From Klebsormidium nitens (Eukaryota > Plantae > Klebsormidiophyceae), in contig DF237144.1 in assembly GCA_000708835.1 (NCBI GenBank), positions 1 through 64,000 of the forward strand: 64,000 nucleotides of DNA, read 5' to 3'. Numbering within the stretch: position 1 is the stretch's first letter; every line of letters begins with the position of its first letter. The position numbers were made by a program, and so were the translations under genes. Of this stretch, positions 63,587 through 64,000 are shown piece by piece. A model generated the notes under the pieces. It was not told the DNA's origin. It was given only the letters and a program-made list of their open reading frames with translations, and searched no databases.

Positions 63587-64000
63587 CTGCAGACGGCAGC
63601 AGGGGGTAGTCGATGACGTCAGCAAAGGGGAGTGGGCCAAGACAGCCACGGCGGAGTGGTCAGCTTGGCAACATTGGGAGCAGGCAGCTGGAGTGTCAGC
63701 AAATAGTGCATGGTGCTGTCAGCAGAAGCTTATTGAGTTGCTCAGTCACGTCAGCATAATGTGATTGCTGACGTCAGCAGGAGCTGGTCACAGTGGTTCA
63801 GCACAGGTAATTCCTCTGACACCAACGAACATCAAAGCTGCCGCTCGAATCAGTGCCGGCAAGATGCTGCGTACATTTGACGATACCGTCGTCAAAGGAT
63901 TATCTGGCAAATAGCCGGCCTGCACAATCTGCTTCTCTTACCAGTTGACACTAGAGCTGCAACTTGCCAGTTCCCAAAGGGCTGCGCCCATTGACGGTGC

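Larger units (their letters stand above)
58755..64000 (-). repeat. Second copy of a roughly 9-kb tandem segmental duplication (other copy about 49740-55450)
   Basis: Same exon order and phases, with offsets of 8876-9105 bp. The 3' flanks are also shared (ttcgaccgcacct; caacc..atcc.tcgtcaaccttct at 50120 and 59016). Confidence 0.85.

Overview
This is intron-rich eukaryotic nuclear DNA from a photosynthetic streptophyte. A charophyte alga such as Klebsormidium is my inference from plant-type gene families, plastid targeting and GT-AG introns. The raw ORF track is mostly uninformative, so I rebuilt spliced models by hand and checked exon phases. The genes are: (1) a UDP-xylose/nucleotide-sugar transporter of the UXT family, 8 exons, minus strand, 2530-12320; (2) mitochondrial succinyl-CoA ligase beta subunit, 9 exons, plus strand, 14025-24225; (3) a PetC-family Rieske protein that appears to carry a cleavable lumenal signal instead of the membrane anchor, 5 exons, minus strand, 26065-30247; (4) a 2-TM hypothetical protein, 39813-40502; (5) a Cys-rich single-pass membrane protein, 44330-48481; (6,7) a tandem pair of Root_cap/LEA-related secreted-protein genes, one intact in the exons seen (50419-55452) and one pseudogenised (59295-63586). 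There is also a MITE nest at 41.1-43.7 kb, other transposon debris and one 592-N gap. The most striking pattern is that the introns are largely built from tandem, roughly 140-200 bp, progressively decaying 'echoes' of the neighbouring exon-intron boundary. Acceptor plus exon-start copies lie upstream of the exon, and exon-end plus donor copies lie downstream. Several echoes differ from the working exon almost only at third codon positions, and one matches the paralogous gene better than its own exon. These echoes look like displaced, formerly functional versions of the exon rather than neutral photocopies. No rRNA, tRNA or CRISPR array was found.
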